IMG/VR virus record: IMGVR_UViG_3300042731_007310
Span: 20,479 to 84,478 of that record
From: a virus
Length of the DNA stretch: 64,000 nucleotides
Reading direction: 5' to 3' (one strand)
Each line of letters opens with the position of its first letter. The first letter of the stretch is position 1. The notes under the pieces were generated by a model, which was given only the letters and a program-made list of their open reading frames with translations, had not been told where the DNA came from and did no database searches. Of this stretch, positions 36,965 through 48,100 are shown one piece after another. A program made the translations under genes and the position numbers.

Positions 36965-37779
36965 TGGTATCACCGCTTTTAGAAGTCGGAGCTTCATTAG
37001 CGTCGCAACTTATTCCAAACATGAAGGTTTGGCGATTATCTAATTTAGATTCAAGTGAAGTACTTGAAGGTCAATTTGAAGCTGAAGGATTATCTGAAGA
37101 AGTAAGTACGTCATGGGCTCAATTTACGTCTTTGAATAGACAGAATCCAATACTTCAATTTGTACATGGAAACGCTGATACATTATCCTTTACTGGTAGG
37201 CTATTTAGAAACAATGCATTAGACACAAACCCAAAAGAAAAATTAGATAAGTTGAAATCGTGGGCTAGGATAGACACTAGTGTTAGAAGACCACCTATTC
37301 TACAATTTTCGGTTGGTGATGGTCATGTATCGGTCAATTGTGTAATTGTTGGATTGTCAATTAAATATTCTAGACCTGATTTTTTTGGTGGATTGAGAGA
37401 TGTTACCTTTGATGTTTCTCTTCTTCAATTTTCAACATTCAGTTTAGATGATGAAGAACAAACAGATACCAGATATGCGCGCGCTAGCGAGCGCGACTAC
37501 TATGAAATGTTAGCTTATAAAGAGTATGGAAATCCTATTTTGGGTGATATCATAAGAAAAGACCATCCCGATAAACAAAGACTTCAACCTGGTGATATAG
37601 TGAAACTTCCGTCAATAGAAGGGATACGCGAAAAAGAAGTCACTCAAACTTCAACTACTTTGAAAACAGCTTTCGGAAAAAGAGATACAGCGCAAAAACG
37701 TTTACGATTATCGTTTTTTGATAAACGATCAAAAAGTTATGTTTCTCATTTATTGCAAGCGCAAACAACCCCGGTGTAA
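36961..37779 (+). CDS. Tail tube initiator (P2 gpU/CIS-tube-like) plus LysM/gpX-like domain
   Basis: PILQFVHG..DTLSF, RPPILQF; C-terminal LAYKEYGNP...I...P...LQPGDIVKLP. Confidence 0.75.
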   Translation: MMVSPLLEVGASLASQLIPNMKVWRLSNLDSSEVLEGQFEAEGLSEEVSTSWAQFTSLNRQNPILQFVHGNADTLSFTGRLFRNNALDTNPKEKLDKLKSWARIDTSVRRPPILQFSVGDGHVSVNCVIVGLSIKYSRPDFFGGLRDVTFDVSLLQFSTFSLDDEEQTDTRYARASERDYYEMLAYKEYGNPILGDIIRKDHPDKQRLQPGDIVKLPSIEGIREKEVTQTSTTLKTAFGKRDTAQKRLRLSFFDKRSKSYVSHLLQAQTTPV

Positions 37780-37781
37780 AA

Positions 37782-39077
37782 ATGGTTATAGGAATTTCCA
37801 CGGTAGACAATCCATTTTCTAATGACGTTGGGTTCAATGCGCCTAATTTTATGTTGAAAATTCAAGGTGCAAATGTACCGATCGGAATACGTCGATTGAT
37901 CAGTAAAATAGAGTATGAATCTTCTGATGGTATGGCTGATATGATGCGGATAACCTTTGTTGATCCGGGTCTTATACCACCAAAAGGATTGAATGCTATT
38001 GGTCCTATAGGTGGATTTGGTGGTTTGGGCGGTGGAAGTGGTAGTTCTGTATCGTTGAGAGATACAAAAATAATACAACCTGGAAATGAAATAAGTTTAT
38101 GGTTAGGATATGGAACACAATTAAAACACGTTGGTAGAACTATTATTAGAAAAATAAGGCCTAGATATCCACGTGAAGAAATACCAAGTCTTGAGGTAAT
38201 AGGGTATACAAAAGATTCTGTTATGATGGATCACGCCCCTGAAAAATCGAAGAAGAAAAAGGGAAAAGGTGGAAGAATATTCAAACAAACTACGTTCGCT
38301 AATGCAGTTAGAGAAAGAGCACAAGATTATAATTTTTCATTAGATGTAGATGATACTTCTGATTCACCACACAACTTCATTCAAAAAGTTGGTTTGACAG
38401 ATTATGACTTTATAAATGGTTTAGCAAATCTAACGGGTTATTATTTTTGGGTTGATGGTGATTCAAGTGGAAAATGGACGCTTCATTTCAAAAATCCAGA
38501 AACATTATCTAGAGATGTTTTACAAGATAAAATATATACATTTATTTATGATAGAAGTGACTATAGTTCTTTACTGGAATTCGAGCCTGAATTAGCTATT
38601 CAAGGGGCAACAACCAAACTTCAAGCTAAAGTAAAGGATCCTAAAACCGGAAAGGTTTTGGATGCCGACTTTGAAGAAGAAAACGATCAATCGCCTGATA
38701 TTACCGTTGAAGCCGGAACCGATATACGGGCTTCAAGAAATGAACTCGAAGGTAATCATACTACGGCAAGCGATATAAAGATATTTATAGATGATTATAG
38801 TTTTGAAGTAAGGTCAAATAGGCGTTTTAAAACTGAAGCTGAATTGATTGCATGGGCTAAACAATGGTTTCGAAGAAACAGAGAGAACTTTGTTTTGTCC
38901 AGTGGAACCATAATAGGTGTAGAATCTGTTATGGCAAGGCAAATACATAAACTATCTGGGTTAGGCGCTGGTTTGAATGGAGAATATTTTTTTAGCAATG
39001 TAACTCATACAATGGACAAAGAAGGCGGTTATGAAATTGAGTGTAATATGAGAAAGGTGGTTCCGAGTTTAGCATGA
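37782..39077 (+). CDS. Baseplate hub / late control D-like protein
   Basis: PGNEISLWLGY, Q...TDYDFI..LA...GYYFWVD, GLGAGLNGEYF..VTH....GGY. Confidence 0.85.
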   Translation: MVIGISTVDNPFSNDVGFNAPNFMLKIQGANVPIGIRRLISKIEYESSDGMADMMRITFVDPGLIPPKGLNAIGPIGGFGGLGGGSGSSVSLRDTKIIQPGNEISLWLGYGTQLKHVGRTIIRKIRPRYPREEIPSLEVIGYTKDSVMMDHAPEKSKKKKGKGGRIFKQTTFANAVRERAQDYNFSLDVDDTSDSPHNFIQKVGLTDYDFINGLANLTGYYFWVDGDSSGKWTLHFKNPETLSRDVLQDKIYTFIYDRSDYSSLLEFEPELAIQGATTKLQAKVKDPKTGKVLDADFEEENDQSPDITVEAGTDIRASRNELEGNHTTASDIKIFIDDYSFEVRSNRRFKTEAELIAWAKQWFRRNRENFVLSSGTIIGVESVMARQIHKLSGLGAGLNGEYFFSNVTHTMDKEGGYEIECNMRKVVPSLA

Positions 39078-39928
39078 TAAATACAGCTACATATTACGCT
39101 ACTGTGACATTCAATGAAGATCCTGATAAGTTAGGAAGGATCCGTGTTGCGTGTGTTGGTTTATTAGGTGATGAAGAGACAGAAATACCTATAGACATTG
39201 AGCCCGTTCATGACTGGGGGTGGTTCTACATTCCGGATATAGGTGAAATAGTCGAAATAGAAGTGACTGAAGGTTCTTCTGAAGACGAGCAACACGGACA
39301 AATGTCAATAGACAATTTAGACATAAAGTGGCGTTCAGCGCGCGCTTACGGAAATGAAGAAGGTGACACACCAACACCCATCAATGAAGATTTCACGTCA
39401 ACCAATTATGGAAAAAGACGCGGGTTCGCTACTCCTATGGGTCACGTGTTTTTGTTTGATGACAAAGAAGGTTCAGAACAAGTTTCTTTGAAGTGGCAAA
39501 ATAAGGCTGGTGAAAACTGTTTTTTCGCAATGGATAAAGATGGTTCGATAGTCATGAGTAACAAGACTGGAACCACTTTATTTTTCAATGCTAAAGACGG
39601 TCAAATGTCGATTATCGATCAACACGGAAACGTTTTTTCATCCGATAGCACTGGATTGAAATTGATTGACGCTAGCGGAAATTCTGTAGAGTTGAAGAGT
39701 GGCGCTATAATCGTGTTGGGTCAAAGTGGTGTAACCATCAGTTGTAAAGACGCTGTTATTGACGCTGGAAATGTTGAAATAACAGGTAATGTTGAAGCGG
39801 CTGTATTGGGAACTACGTTTCTTCCGCTCCTAAACGCACATGTACATCCAACTGGTGTAGGTCCGAGTGGAACGCCTACACCACCGTTTGCACCTACAAT
39901 TCTTTCAACCAAGGTAAAGGTGGGTTGA
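39074..39928 (+). CDS. Baseplate central spike (P2 gpV / gp5 OB-fold)
   Basis: DPDKLGRIRV, GWFYIPDIGE.V, TPMGHVFLFDD; C-terminal NAHVHPTG HxH metal-binding apex. Confidence 0.88.
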   Translation: MINTATYYATVTFNEDPDKLGRIRVACVGLLGDEETEIPIDIEPVHDWGWFYIPDIGEIVEIEVTEGSSEDEQHGQMSIDNLDIKWRSARAYGNEEGDTPTPINEDFTSTNYGKRRGFATPMGHVFLFDDKEGSEQVSLKWQNKAGENCFFAMDKDGSIVMSNKTGTTLFFNAKDGQMSIIDQHGNVFSSDSTGLKLIDASGNSVELKSGAIIVLGQSGVTISCKDAVIDAGNVEITGNVEAAVLGTTFLPLLNAHVHPTGVGPSGTPTPPFAPTILSTKVKVG

Positions 39929-39929
39929 T

Positions 39930-40283
39930 ATGTCAAAATGTAACTTTCAAGCGCCACCTTCTATAAGCCTTCCAGTGCCATTTCCACCAGGTGTTCCGGT
40001 AATCCCTGCCGTTCCAGCGGTTCCGATACTTGCGAGCCTTTCAAGTGTCAATATACCCGTTCCAACGCCACCAACGCCATCACTTCCAGTGCCATTTCCA
40101 CCAGGTGTTCCGGTAATCCCCGGATTGCCTTCTACACCTACCTTATTTGTTATGCCTACAGGTGTAAATATACAGGTTGGACAACCACCTTCACTTACAT
40201 TGCCAGTTCCATTCCCACCTGGTATACCGGTGTTACCGGCTTTACCAAGTGTACCTACAACGCCACCTTGTCCATTAGATTAG
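39930..40283 (+). CDS. Proline-rich repeat protein
   Basis: About one third Pro; three copies of LPVPFPPG[VI]PV; exact 38-bp repeat at 39969-40006 and 40083-40120. Confidence 0.7.
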   Translation: MSKCNFQAPPSISLPVPFPPGVPVIPAVPAVPILASLSSVNIPVPTPPTPSLPVPFPPGVPVIPGLPSTPTLFVMPTGVNIQVGQPPSLTLPVPFPPGIPVLPALPSVPTTPPCPLD

Positions 40284-40290
40284 GTGAATC

Positions 40291-40575
40291 ATGTCTTTGG
40301 ATAAATCAGGATTACAATCAGCTCTAGAAACAGTTTTCAGTGATGTTTCTTCGGAATCTACAGCGGCCACCAAAGCGGCTGCAATGGCAGATCTAATTGA
40401 TGCATACGTAAAAACCGCGTTGGTGAATTGTAGTATTCCAGCGGGTTCAGTTATCATTAGCGTTTCTGGTGGTAGTGGTGCCCCCGCTGTAGGTGTTCCA
40501 AATCCAACACCGATAAGTTTGACAGGTGATCCTAATGCAGCACCAGGATCGGATAATGAAGGGGGGTTATCATAA
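40291..40575 (+). CDS. Small baseplate/spike-associated hypothetical protein
   Basis: MSLDKSGL...MADLIDAYVKTA pattern, often seen downstream of spike genes. Confidence 0.6.
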   Translation: MSLDKSGLQSALETVFSDVSSESTAATKAAAMADLIDAYVKTALVNCSIPAGSVIISVSGGSGAPAVGVPNPTPISLTGDPNAAPGSDNEGGLS

Positions 40576-40985
40576 TGGCTACTGGTTTAGCTCTCCCTGT
40601 AGGTGTTGACAATCAAGGTGGCGCAAAGATTGTTAGTGGTGATGAGAACGACAGCAAAATAATTCGCTGTGCGTTAGGTGATGACGATAATGAAAACGCT
40701 TTTCAGCAAAATATAGGTTTAGGCGTTGGATCAATATTTGGAGTTTCAGACGAATTAATTAGATCGAAAATTCTAAGAAGACTAAACGAAGTATTCAGAA
40801 GGTTTCAAGCTCAAAAAAGATTCATATTGAGACCAAATACGATAAAATGGGTTAGAGATGAAAATCAAAGTCAAGAATTAACGTTAGAATTTCGCTATGT
40901 GAGCATAGAAAGCGATGAAGAAAAATTGTTTCGACAAAACTTTGATTCTTCAAGTGGATCACTAACAGGTAATACGGGTGGATAA
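40575..40985 (+). CDS. Baseplate wedge protein gp25/gpW-like
   Basis: GLALP...GG..I.SG..., placed immediately before baseplate J. Confidence 0.7.
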   Translation: MATGLALPVGVDNQGGAKIVSGDENDSKIIRCALGDDDNENAFQQNIGLGVGSIFGVSDELIRSKILRRLNEVFRRFQAQKRFILRPNTIKWVRDENQSQELTLEFRYVSIESDEEKLFRQNFDSSSGSLTGNTGG

Positions 40986-40987
40986 TC

Positions 40988-43159
40988 ATGCCTTCAAGAG
41001 AAATAATAGTACCATCATTTGATTTTAGCGCTTTCTATTATCCGCAAATATTAGAAGCACTGATTATTAGAAAAAGAATCGATGTTCCGGAACTAACCGA
41101 TGAAAGTGATTTTGAACCATTTATCCAATTACTTCGATCGTTTGCGCTAGTTGGTCATCTAAATAACGTTTTATTAGATATGGTAGCGAACGAAAATACG
41201 CTTCCCACTTCTAGTCTCGTTCAGACCGTTAGAGATATGCTTAATTTGATAGACTACAAATTGGCTTCAGCTTCACCAGCTACTACGGAATTGGTATATG
41301 AACTAAGTAAAGTTTTTACTTCAAGTTTTCAGATCGTTTCTGAAAATGCACAAGCGGCAACAGAGATAGAAGGTGATAATCCTGTTATCTATTTTGAATC
41401 ACTTTTAGGAATCACAATAGATAGAACGGATCAATTTACTTCTGTTCAATCTGTTGACGGTGGAACGTTTAGCGATCACACAACGCAAGCAAATTCAGGA
41501 TCAAATTTCACACCTTGGCCTAGTCCGGTAACTGGTGATGCATTGTATTTTGGTCATTCAAGCGTAATGTGGGATAAGTTGAATATAGACGTTGTAACAG
41601 CAATGTCTAATATCGTTGGTATTTGGGAATACTACGAAAATGATCTTTATGACATTCAACCAACTTCTGTTACTGATATAGGTGGTGGTAATCTAGAATT
41701 TGATTTGACTAGTCTATTAGGCACAAGCGATAGACGTGGTACTGTTGTAAGGGTTTCATTGAATGAAACTGGCGTTTATGAAGATGTAACATCAACTTGG
41801 AGCGGTAGTAAAAACATAGCTACTACTGGATTATTAGGTCAAACAAGTCCCTCAACAGATGAAGAAGATTATACGATAGGATCTGAATGGACTGAATTTG
41901 CTTTGGAATCACAACTTAGTTTCAGTGACGGAACGGCAGATTTGATTCAGGACGGTGATGTAGAATTTGTATTACCGCAAAACGAATTGAACAACTGGCA
42001 AAAAACAGAAATAAATTCAATAGAAGCCTTTTGGATTAGGTACAGAATCATAACTGTTAGTGGTCCTTCTTCGCCTACCTTGAATAGGTGTAGAATGGAT
42101 ACCGGAAAACAGTATGCTATATCAGACGTTGTTCAAGGAAGAACGGTTAGTGATGATCCACTTGGTTCTTCAAATGGCGCGCAAAATCAATCGTTCGAAA
42201 CTACACGCGATTATTTTATAGATGGTAGCGAAACAGTAACGATAGATTCTGAAGAATGGACGCGAGTTGACAATTTTCTATCTTCAGGTCCACAAGATAA
42301 GCACTATATTTTAAAATTAGGGGATAATGATCGAGCAACTATTAGAACCGGTGATGGTGTAAATGGTAGAATACCATCAATCGGTCAAGGAAATATTTCT
42401 ATAGAGTATAGATATAATGCTGAAGAAGACGGAAACGTAGGCGCAAACACCGTAACGGTAGACAAAACAGGTTTGACGTATGTGAATTCTATATTCAATC
42501 CACGTCAAGCTGGTGGGTGGGCTCAAGCTGAAGGTGCAACCGATGAAAGCCTAGAAAGAGCAAAGCTAACAGGTCCGGCTAGTCTGAGAGTAAAAGAAGT
42601 TGCATTGAATGGTGATGACGCGATTGTTTTGACACAATCGTTTGTTGCGTCTGATGGTTCTTCGCCATTCAGTAGAGCAACATTTATAGAAGAAGGTTTT
42701 GGAGAAAAAACTTTAGAATTGATAGTGGTTGGATCTGGTGGTGTTATTCCTACCGGAAATCAACTTGAAGAATTGGCATTGTATTTCAATGGAGACAAAT
42801 TTGCTAATCCACAGATTCCAAAAAGATATGTAGCAAACAACGAAGTTGTTCCAGTTGCCTTTGAACCTAAAACGATAGATGTAACCGCTGTAGTTACCGC
42901 ACCTGAAGGCGTTACAGCACAAGCTATAATAAACGGTCTAAACCAGGTTGTTCAACCTGAAGCATTGAAGAGTGACGGTGTTACATATGAATGGAGTTTT
43001 GGTGATAGCGTTCCGGTTTCTAGGCTTATACACGAAATATTTAGTGTAGATGATAGAATAGAAGACGTTGATATATCGGTTCCGTCTTCTGATGTAGCGC
43101 TAGGAATAAGAGAGTTACCGGTATCTGGTACGTTTTCGATAACGATTCAGGAATCATAA
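40988..43159 (+). CDS. Baseplate J-like wedge protein
   Basis: PELTD..DFEP, DYKLASASPA, LGSSNGAQNQ.F, GDGVNGRIP, GNVGANT, G..DESLE. Confidence 0.88.
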   Translation: MPSREIIVPSFDFSAFYYPQILEALIIRKRIDVPELTDESDFEPFIQLLRSFALVGHLNNVLLDMVANENTLPTSSLVQTVRDMLNLIDYKLASASPATTELVYELSKVFTSSFQIVSENAQAATEIEGDNPVIYFESLLGITIDRTDQFTSVQSVDGGTFSDHTTQANSGSNFTPWPSPVTGDALYFGHSSVMWDKLNIDVVTAMSNIVGIWEYYENDLYDIQPTSVTDIGGGNLEFDLTSLLGTSDRRGTVVRVSLNETGVYEDVTSTWSGSKNIATTGLLGQTSPSTDEEDYTIGSEWTEFALESQLSFSDGTADLIQDGDVEFVLPQNELNNWQKTEINSIEAFWIRYRIITVSGPSSPTLNRCRMDTGKQYAISDVVQGRTVSDDPLGSSNGAQNQSFETTRDYFIDGSETVTIDSEEWTRVDNFLSSGPQDKHYILKLGDNDRATIRTGDGVNGRIPSIGQGNISIEYRYNAEEDGNVGANTVTVDKTGLTYVNSIFNPRQAGGWAQAEGATDESLERAKLTGPASLRVKEVALNGDDAIVLTQSFVASDGSSPFSRATFIEEGFGEKTLELIVVGSGGVIPTGNQLEELALYFNGDKFANPQIPKRYVANNEVVPVAFEPKTIDVTAVVTAPEGVTAQAIINGLNQVVQPEALKSDGVTYEWSFGDSVPVSRLIHEIFSVDDRIEDVDISVPSSDVALGIRELPVSGTFSITIQES

Positions 43160-43162
43160 AAA

Positions 43163-43882
43163 ATGGCCTTATATGAAAGAACAATTGATGATAGCGTAAG
43201 CGTTTACGATGCTATTACACAAGAACGTATTATAGCTGATTCTGTATCGGTCAATGACTCTATCATTGCGCAAAAAATAGAAACTCTAGAAATATCCAAT
43301 GCTCGCGTTTTGACACCAACAAAAGTAAGAATAGATTTTTCGGCACCAGCGGTTATTAATTCAGCCTTGCAAGATCCGAATAGTTACACGTTCAATGCTG
43401 TTTCGGCTGGTGCGATTGATGTTATACCTCAATCCGTAGATTTGCCACCAGGTCAAACAAATCCTTCTTTCGTTGAAGTCAACGTCACAGAACATACTGA
43501 TGGATCAATTTATTCTGTAGAAATTTCCAGCGACATTAGGGGTGCAAACGGCGAAGTTGGTGGTGGTCCGGCTAAACAATATGCTGGTTCTGGTGAACCA
43601 CCTACAGTTATACTTGTTCTTGCAACTAACAAAAATCATGTTCAAGTATATTTTAGTGAAACTATACTAAATAATACTTCTGCTAATGACATAAACAATT
43701 ATGTTTGGGATAATGGACTTCAAACATTAGAAGTTGAAAGTGTTATTGAAAATGTAGTTACTCTGAAAACTAATAATCAAACAGAAGGCGATATCTATAA
43801 CCTTACAGTAAAAGGAATATTGTCTACGATACTATATGATTCAATTGGAACATCAGACCAAATAAGCGTGAGTTTACTATGA
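43163..43882 (+). CDS. Tandem Ig-like domain baseplate protein flanked by fibre-type repeats
   Basis: Two bacterial Ig-like units (VRIDFS...DPNSY; VQVYFSE...DINNY...YNLTVKG); both termini carry D-S-[VI]-x-x-x-D repeats. Confidence 0.65.
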   Translation: MALYERTIDDSVSVYDAITQERIIADSVSVNDSIIAQKIETLEISNARVLTPTKVRIDFSAPAVINSALQDPNSYTFNAVSAGAIDVIPQSVDLPPGQTNPSFVEVNVTEHTDGSIYSVEISSDIRGANGEVGGGPAKQYAGSGEPPTVILVLATNKNHVQVYFSETILNNTSANDINNYVWDNGLQTLEVESVIENVVTLKTNNQTEGDIYNLTVKGILSTILYDSIGTSDQISVSLL

Positions 43883-45105
43883 CAATTCAAGATACCGCTG
43901 GAAATCTGTTTGTAACCCAAACATCACCGATGATCGGGTATATACCGTTATCTACGCTTACGGGTCAAGAATTAACGCTAAAAATCTATCCGTTTATATT
44001 AGAAGTAATAAGACAAGAAGATCAAGATAATGGCGCTCAATTTTTGGAAAGATTTTTAGAAGGTCCACAAGAAATGTGGTCTACTATAGACCAAAAGATA
44101 AAAAGCCTTCCGAATTTATGGTCTATAACAAAAGTAGAAGATAGGTTCCTTCCGTATCTAAAATGGATAGTTGGGTGGACTTCTGTACTAGATTATATAA
44201 CAGATGAATTGGATTCAGATACGCTAAGACGCTTGATAGCGGCTTCAGTTCCATTTTGGAAGGAACGTGGTACAGAAAATTCGATTATAGACATTCTTCG
44301 TCTAACAACGGCTGCAAGGCTAAGAGTATGGAATTGGTTTGATCTAAGATATATTGTTGGTGACATTGCAATGGGAGAAGAACATAAGGGGTACGATCCT
44401 TGGATGTTATCGCTTCCGGGTCCACCAAACTATGAAGAAAACAGATACAATGTAAGGATAGTTGATAACGGAAGTTTGAACAGAAAATTGGTTAGAGATT
44501 TGGTTAGACTGACAAGACCTGGAGGTGAACGCGTTACGATAAGCTATATTGGTTTTCTAGATATGTTTCTAGTTGACGACGATGATAGCCAATGGGATCA
44601 CAATGGTGTTGGAACAACAGTTGTAGAAGACGGATTGATGAAGCTTAGTAGTGGTGAAGACGCGGTTGTAAGCTTAGACGGATCCGATAATTGGTCCAAT
44701 TATGTTGTGACAACGCGTGTTAGGGGTGAATGTTTTTATCATTTCTACAGAACCGCTTCAACAGATTATTATTATATTCATTTAGATATAGCAAACAACG
44801 CGCTTCGTGTTGGTGTAAATCTAGCCGGAACACCAACAGTTTTGTCATCAATAGACATGTACACAACTTTCGGTGTATACTTAGATCCCGATTTATTTTA
44901 TTCTTTGAGAGTTGAAGCAACACCGGAAGGAAGTGCGACACGAATAAAAGTTTATTTTGATGCAAATCAAGCTTTCAGTTTGTCAGATTCAACACACGTT
45001 CAAGGGTCCGTTGGATTGTTATCGGGTTCCGGAACATTGGAAATAGATGAAGTTGAACTTTTCTTCAATCCACTAGAAACGGATGAGATAGACATCAACA
45101 GTTAG
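43879..45105 (+). CDS. Baseplate wedge protein (P2 gpI-like) with C-terminal concanavalin-like domain
   Basis: FLPYLKWIVGW...LRRLI...FWKERGT; C-terminal WSNY...IKVYFD....GSVGL. Confidence 0.75.
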   Translation: MTIQDTAGNLFVTQTSPMIGYIPLSTLTGQELTLKIYPFILEVIRQEDQDNGAQFLERFLEGPQEMWSTIDQKIKSLPNLWSITKVEDRFLPYLKWIVGWTSVLDYITDELDSDTLRRLIAASVPFWKERGTENSIIDILRLTTAARLRVWNWFDLRYIVGDIAMGEEHKGYDPWMLSLPGPPNYEENRYNVRIVDNGSLNRKLVRDLVRLTRPGGERVTISYIGFLDMFLVDDDDSQWDHNGVGTTVVEDGLMKLSSGEDAVVSLDGSDNWSNYVVTTRVRGECFYHFYRTASTDYYYIHLDIANNALRVGVNLAGTPTVLSSIDMYTTFGVYLDPDLFYSLRVEATPEGSATRIKVYFDANQAFSLSDSTHVQGSVGLLSGSGTLEIDEVELFFNPLETDEIDINS

Positions 45106-45114
45106 GAATTGGCC

Positions 45115-48100
45115 ATGACAACAGGTTCAGAATTTGTAAGTATCACAAATAAAAAACTTTTGGGTTTTCAAGACTTTGGATCTCGATTTTTTGATTACCT
45201 AAACGAAAATATCCGTGAAGCGATAGATAGGCTTTTCATTCAGGGAAGCTTCACAGAAAAGGTTCCATTATCCAGTTCCGGAACCGATCAAGTTCAAATC
45301 GATTTGAAACCTACTGAAGGTGATGGCGTTGTTCATGATGGAAATGGACACATTATCGATTTAGAACAAATCGATAGAACGGCGATTTTTGACAACTTGA
45401 CCGGAACAACCTATGAAGTTGGTGCGGCTTATCTCGGATATCCTGAAGAGATTCGAATCAATCCAAATACCGGTAAACCAGAATATGATAGGTATGTTGA
45501 CGGTGTTGGTGTTGAAGCTGAACCTGATTCAGTTACAGATAACGGATCAAACATAACTTTCAGAGTTGATTCATTGTTTGAACAAGGTGTTTCGGTGGCA
45601 GATCACACCGGAAGAATTGTAAGAGTATTCAAAAAACAATTGGCTGATGGCGCTACCAGTGCGGCTATTGCAATTGAGACCTGTACGGTGTTTTATGGTG
45701 GTGGACAAAACCAAATTACAACCACTGGATTACTAGGCCAAACAAGTGTATCAACAACCGCTTCTGACTATTATGTTCAACTAGTAGGAATTATAGTTCT
45801 AAAAAATACGGCTACAAATAGACCTACTCAATCACCGGATAGTGTTTTCTTCGCTGGAACAGTGGCCGGTAATACTGGTGCAACACCTACGGTTTTTGAT
45901 ATAACAAATCAAAATCGTATTGATGCTCAATCGGCTTCTTCTATGGCATTTACGCCTTATACTGGTGCGGCTCCTATTTCATGGGCTCTTTCTGCTACTG
46001 ATGTTCAATCGGCATTAGAAGAAATAGTTGACGATCTAACTAGTACGGCTGGTGGTGCAAATTTGATTCGTATATCTTCAGCCGCATTCACACAAAGTAA
46101 TCCTTCTTCATCTCTATCATGGGGTGGATTAGGAACAAGTGGTGATGAATTGTTTACCAAATTGACGGACGCTGATCGTCAAATAGTTCGATCTCGATTT
46201 GGAATAACTCATTCTGCTAATACCGGAACCATGCAAGCGGATATACAAGGCGTCAATGACATTATCACTTCGTGGGGTATTGAAAAACATTTTTTGAAAG
46301 GCGCTGGTGCTCTTAGTTTTACTTCGTCCAATATGGATAAGACGAAGATTCCGTCAATCGAAGGTGAAACTCCACTAAAAACAAAATTGAATGCACCTTC
46401 AGGGGTTTCAGCATTCAATTGGTATGGTGTTTTCAGAGATATGCAACTTGGAACAACATTATATTCTATATTAGGTGAGGATGGACCATTCCACGCTCAA
46501 AATTGTTTGATCGCTCCAAATGCATTTCAACATTATGGTGGTGGAAACGCTACTGGTGGTGGTGCTTTAGGCGGAAACGAAGCTAGTTCAATGAGAAGTT
46601 GCCACGTTCCTGATGTTCTTTCTGGATCTGGAACGCCGTTATCAAACGGAACATTTCAGGTGATTACTAACAATGCTGGTGTTAGCGTTGAATATTTTTC
46701 GAATTGTGTTTTTATAAACGAAACTAACGGATCGCCTGTTCTTTACACAGACGGATCACCATATCAAAATAGTTATGCTGTTTCTAGAAAAAAGGTTTTC
46801 ATAAATTGTGCGTTCATTCAAAAAGAAGGCGATCAGTATTGTCTAAATATCGACGGTGATGATATTCATTTTATTGGTTGTGTAATAGCAATTGACGCTG
46901 GTGATTCTGGAAATTATACAGAAGCAATAAGACTTACGAGTGGTAATCGAAAAGTTTCTTTCACTGATTGTTACATCTATTCCGATAGTGGAAAACTCGT
47001 TTCTTCCCCTGCTATTTCAAGCAGAACACTACAAAGAACGTTTACGCGTTGTCACTTTTCCGGTGTTGAGGCAGATAGGGATAATACCGATCAACCTTGT
47101 ATGATTGATACCGAAGGTGTTGATTACATTGATTGTAGTTTCAATTTGAATGCTACGTTTATGAGGTTCACTGGTGCAACTAATCAAACAATTCAAATAA
47201 AAGAAGGCACTCTGAGAAATTGTAAGTTTAGAAAAGCAAGTGGAACTACTGATGAAGCAACCATGCATAGCTACGAATGGATTTTGTTTCAAGACTGCAA
47301 AATTCAAAATCTCCTTGTAGATCTTAGAAATTTTGATGCAGATAGAGATCTTTCTGGTTCCGATTCATACCCTTCGTTTGTAAATTTTACAGATTGTGAA
47401 GTAAGGGGATTTGAATTTAATTGCATACCAGATTCATATATTACTACCACACCGACATGGAATTTTATCAATCTAAGGGGTAGGACTAGTATATCTGATA
47501 TGTTATTTGCTACTGATTTCGACACATCATTAGGTAGTCAAAATCCAGATGAATGTATTGTTATAACCGGTGATGATTGTAAAATAGAACATGCTAGATT
47601 TGAATTTGTAAATTCCGCTAGACCACCTGAACCTACTGCTAATGGATATATATTGGTTATAGGTGAAAGATGCGTATTAGACGATCTTTATTTATATGGC
47701 TATGGTGGTCAATGGTATTTTACTAGCACAACACCAAACTATACTAGTTATGCTCGTTGGTTTATATATCAATCTCCAAGAGCCCATAATTTACAGATTA
47801 GCAGAATTAGAAGCGCACAAGGTTCTAGTGGAATGTTCAATACTAAACTTGTACAATTCAATGGAACTACTGGAATACCTACTAATGGTGGATCAGTAAA
47901 GAATTGTGATGTTTATTTTGAGGGCGAATGTATGTTTATAGACGCTGATACATATTGTCAAGCCTTGCAAATAGTATGTAATAGGGTTTATGCTTCTACC
48001 GCAGCCGCTATGCCAAATAACCAATGGGTTGATTTGAATGCGGCTGATTATTCTATCGTTGCAGACAATATCTTTTTGAGTGAATACACAACTACACCAG

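Noticed and set aside
30073-45105. Extracellular contractile injection system or tailocin
   Set aside because: Terminase, portal, capsid and replication genes are contiguous with the tail genes, so this is a complete phage.
346-46060. Frequent GCTGGTGG (E. coli Chi-like) octamers
   Set aside because: The instances I checked are in-frame Ala-Gly-Gly/Val codons using the genome's preferred GCT/GGT; not separable from codon bias without a computed control.
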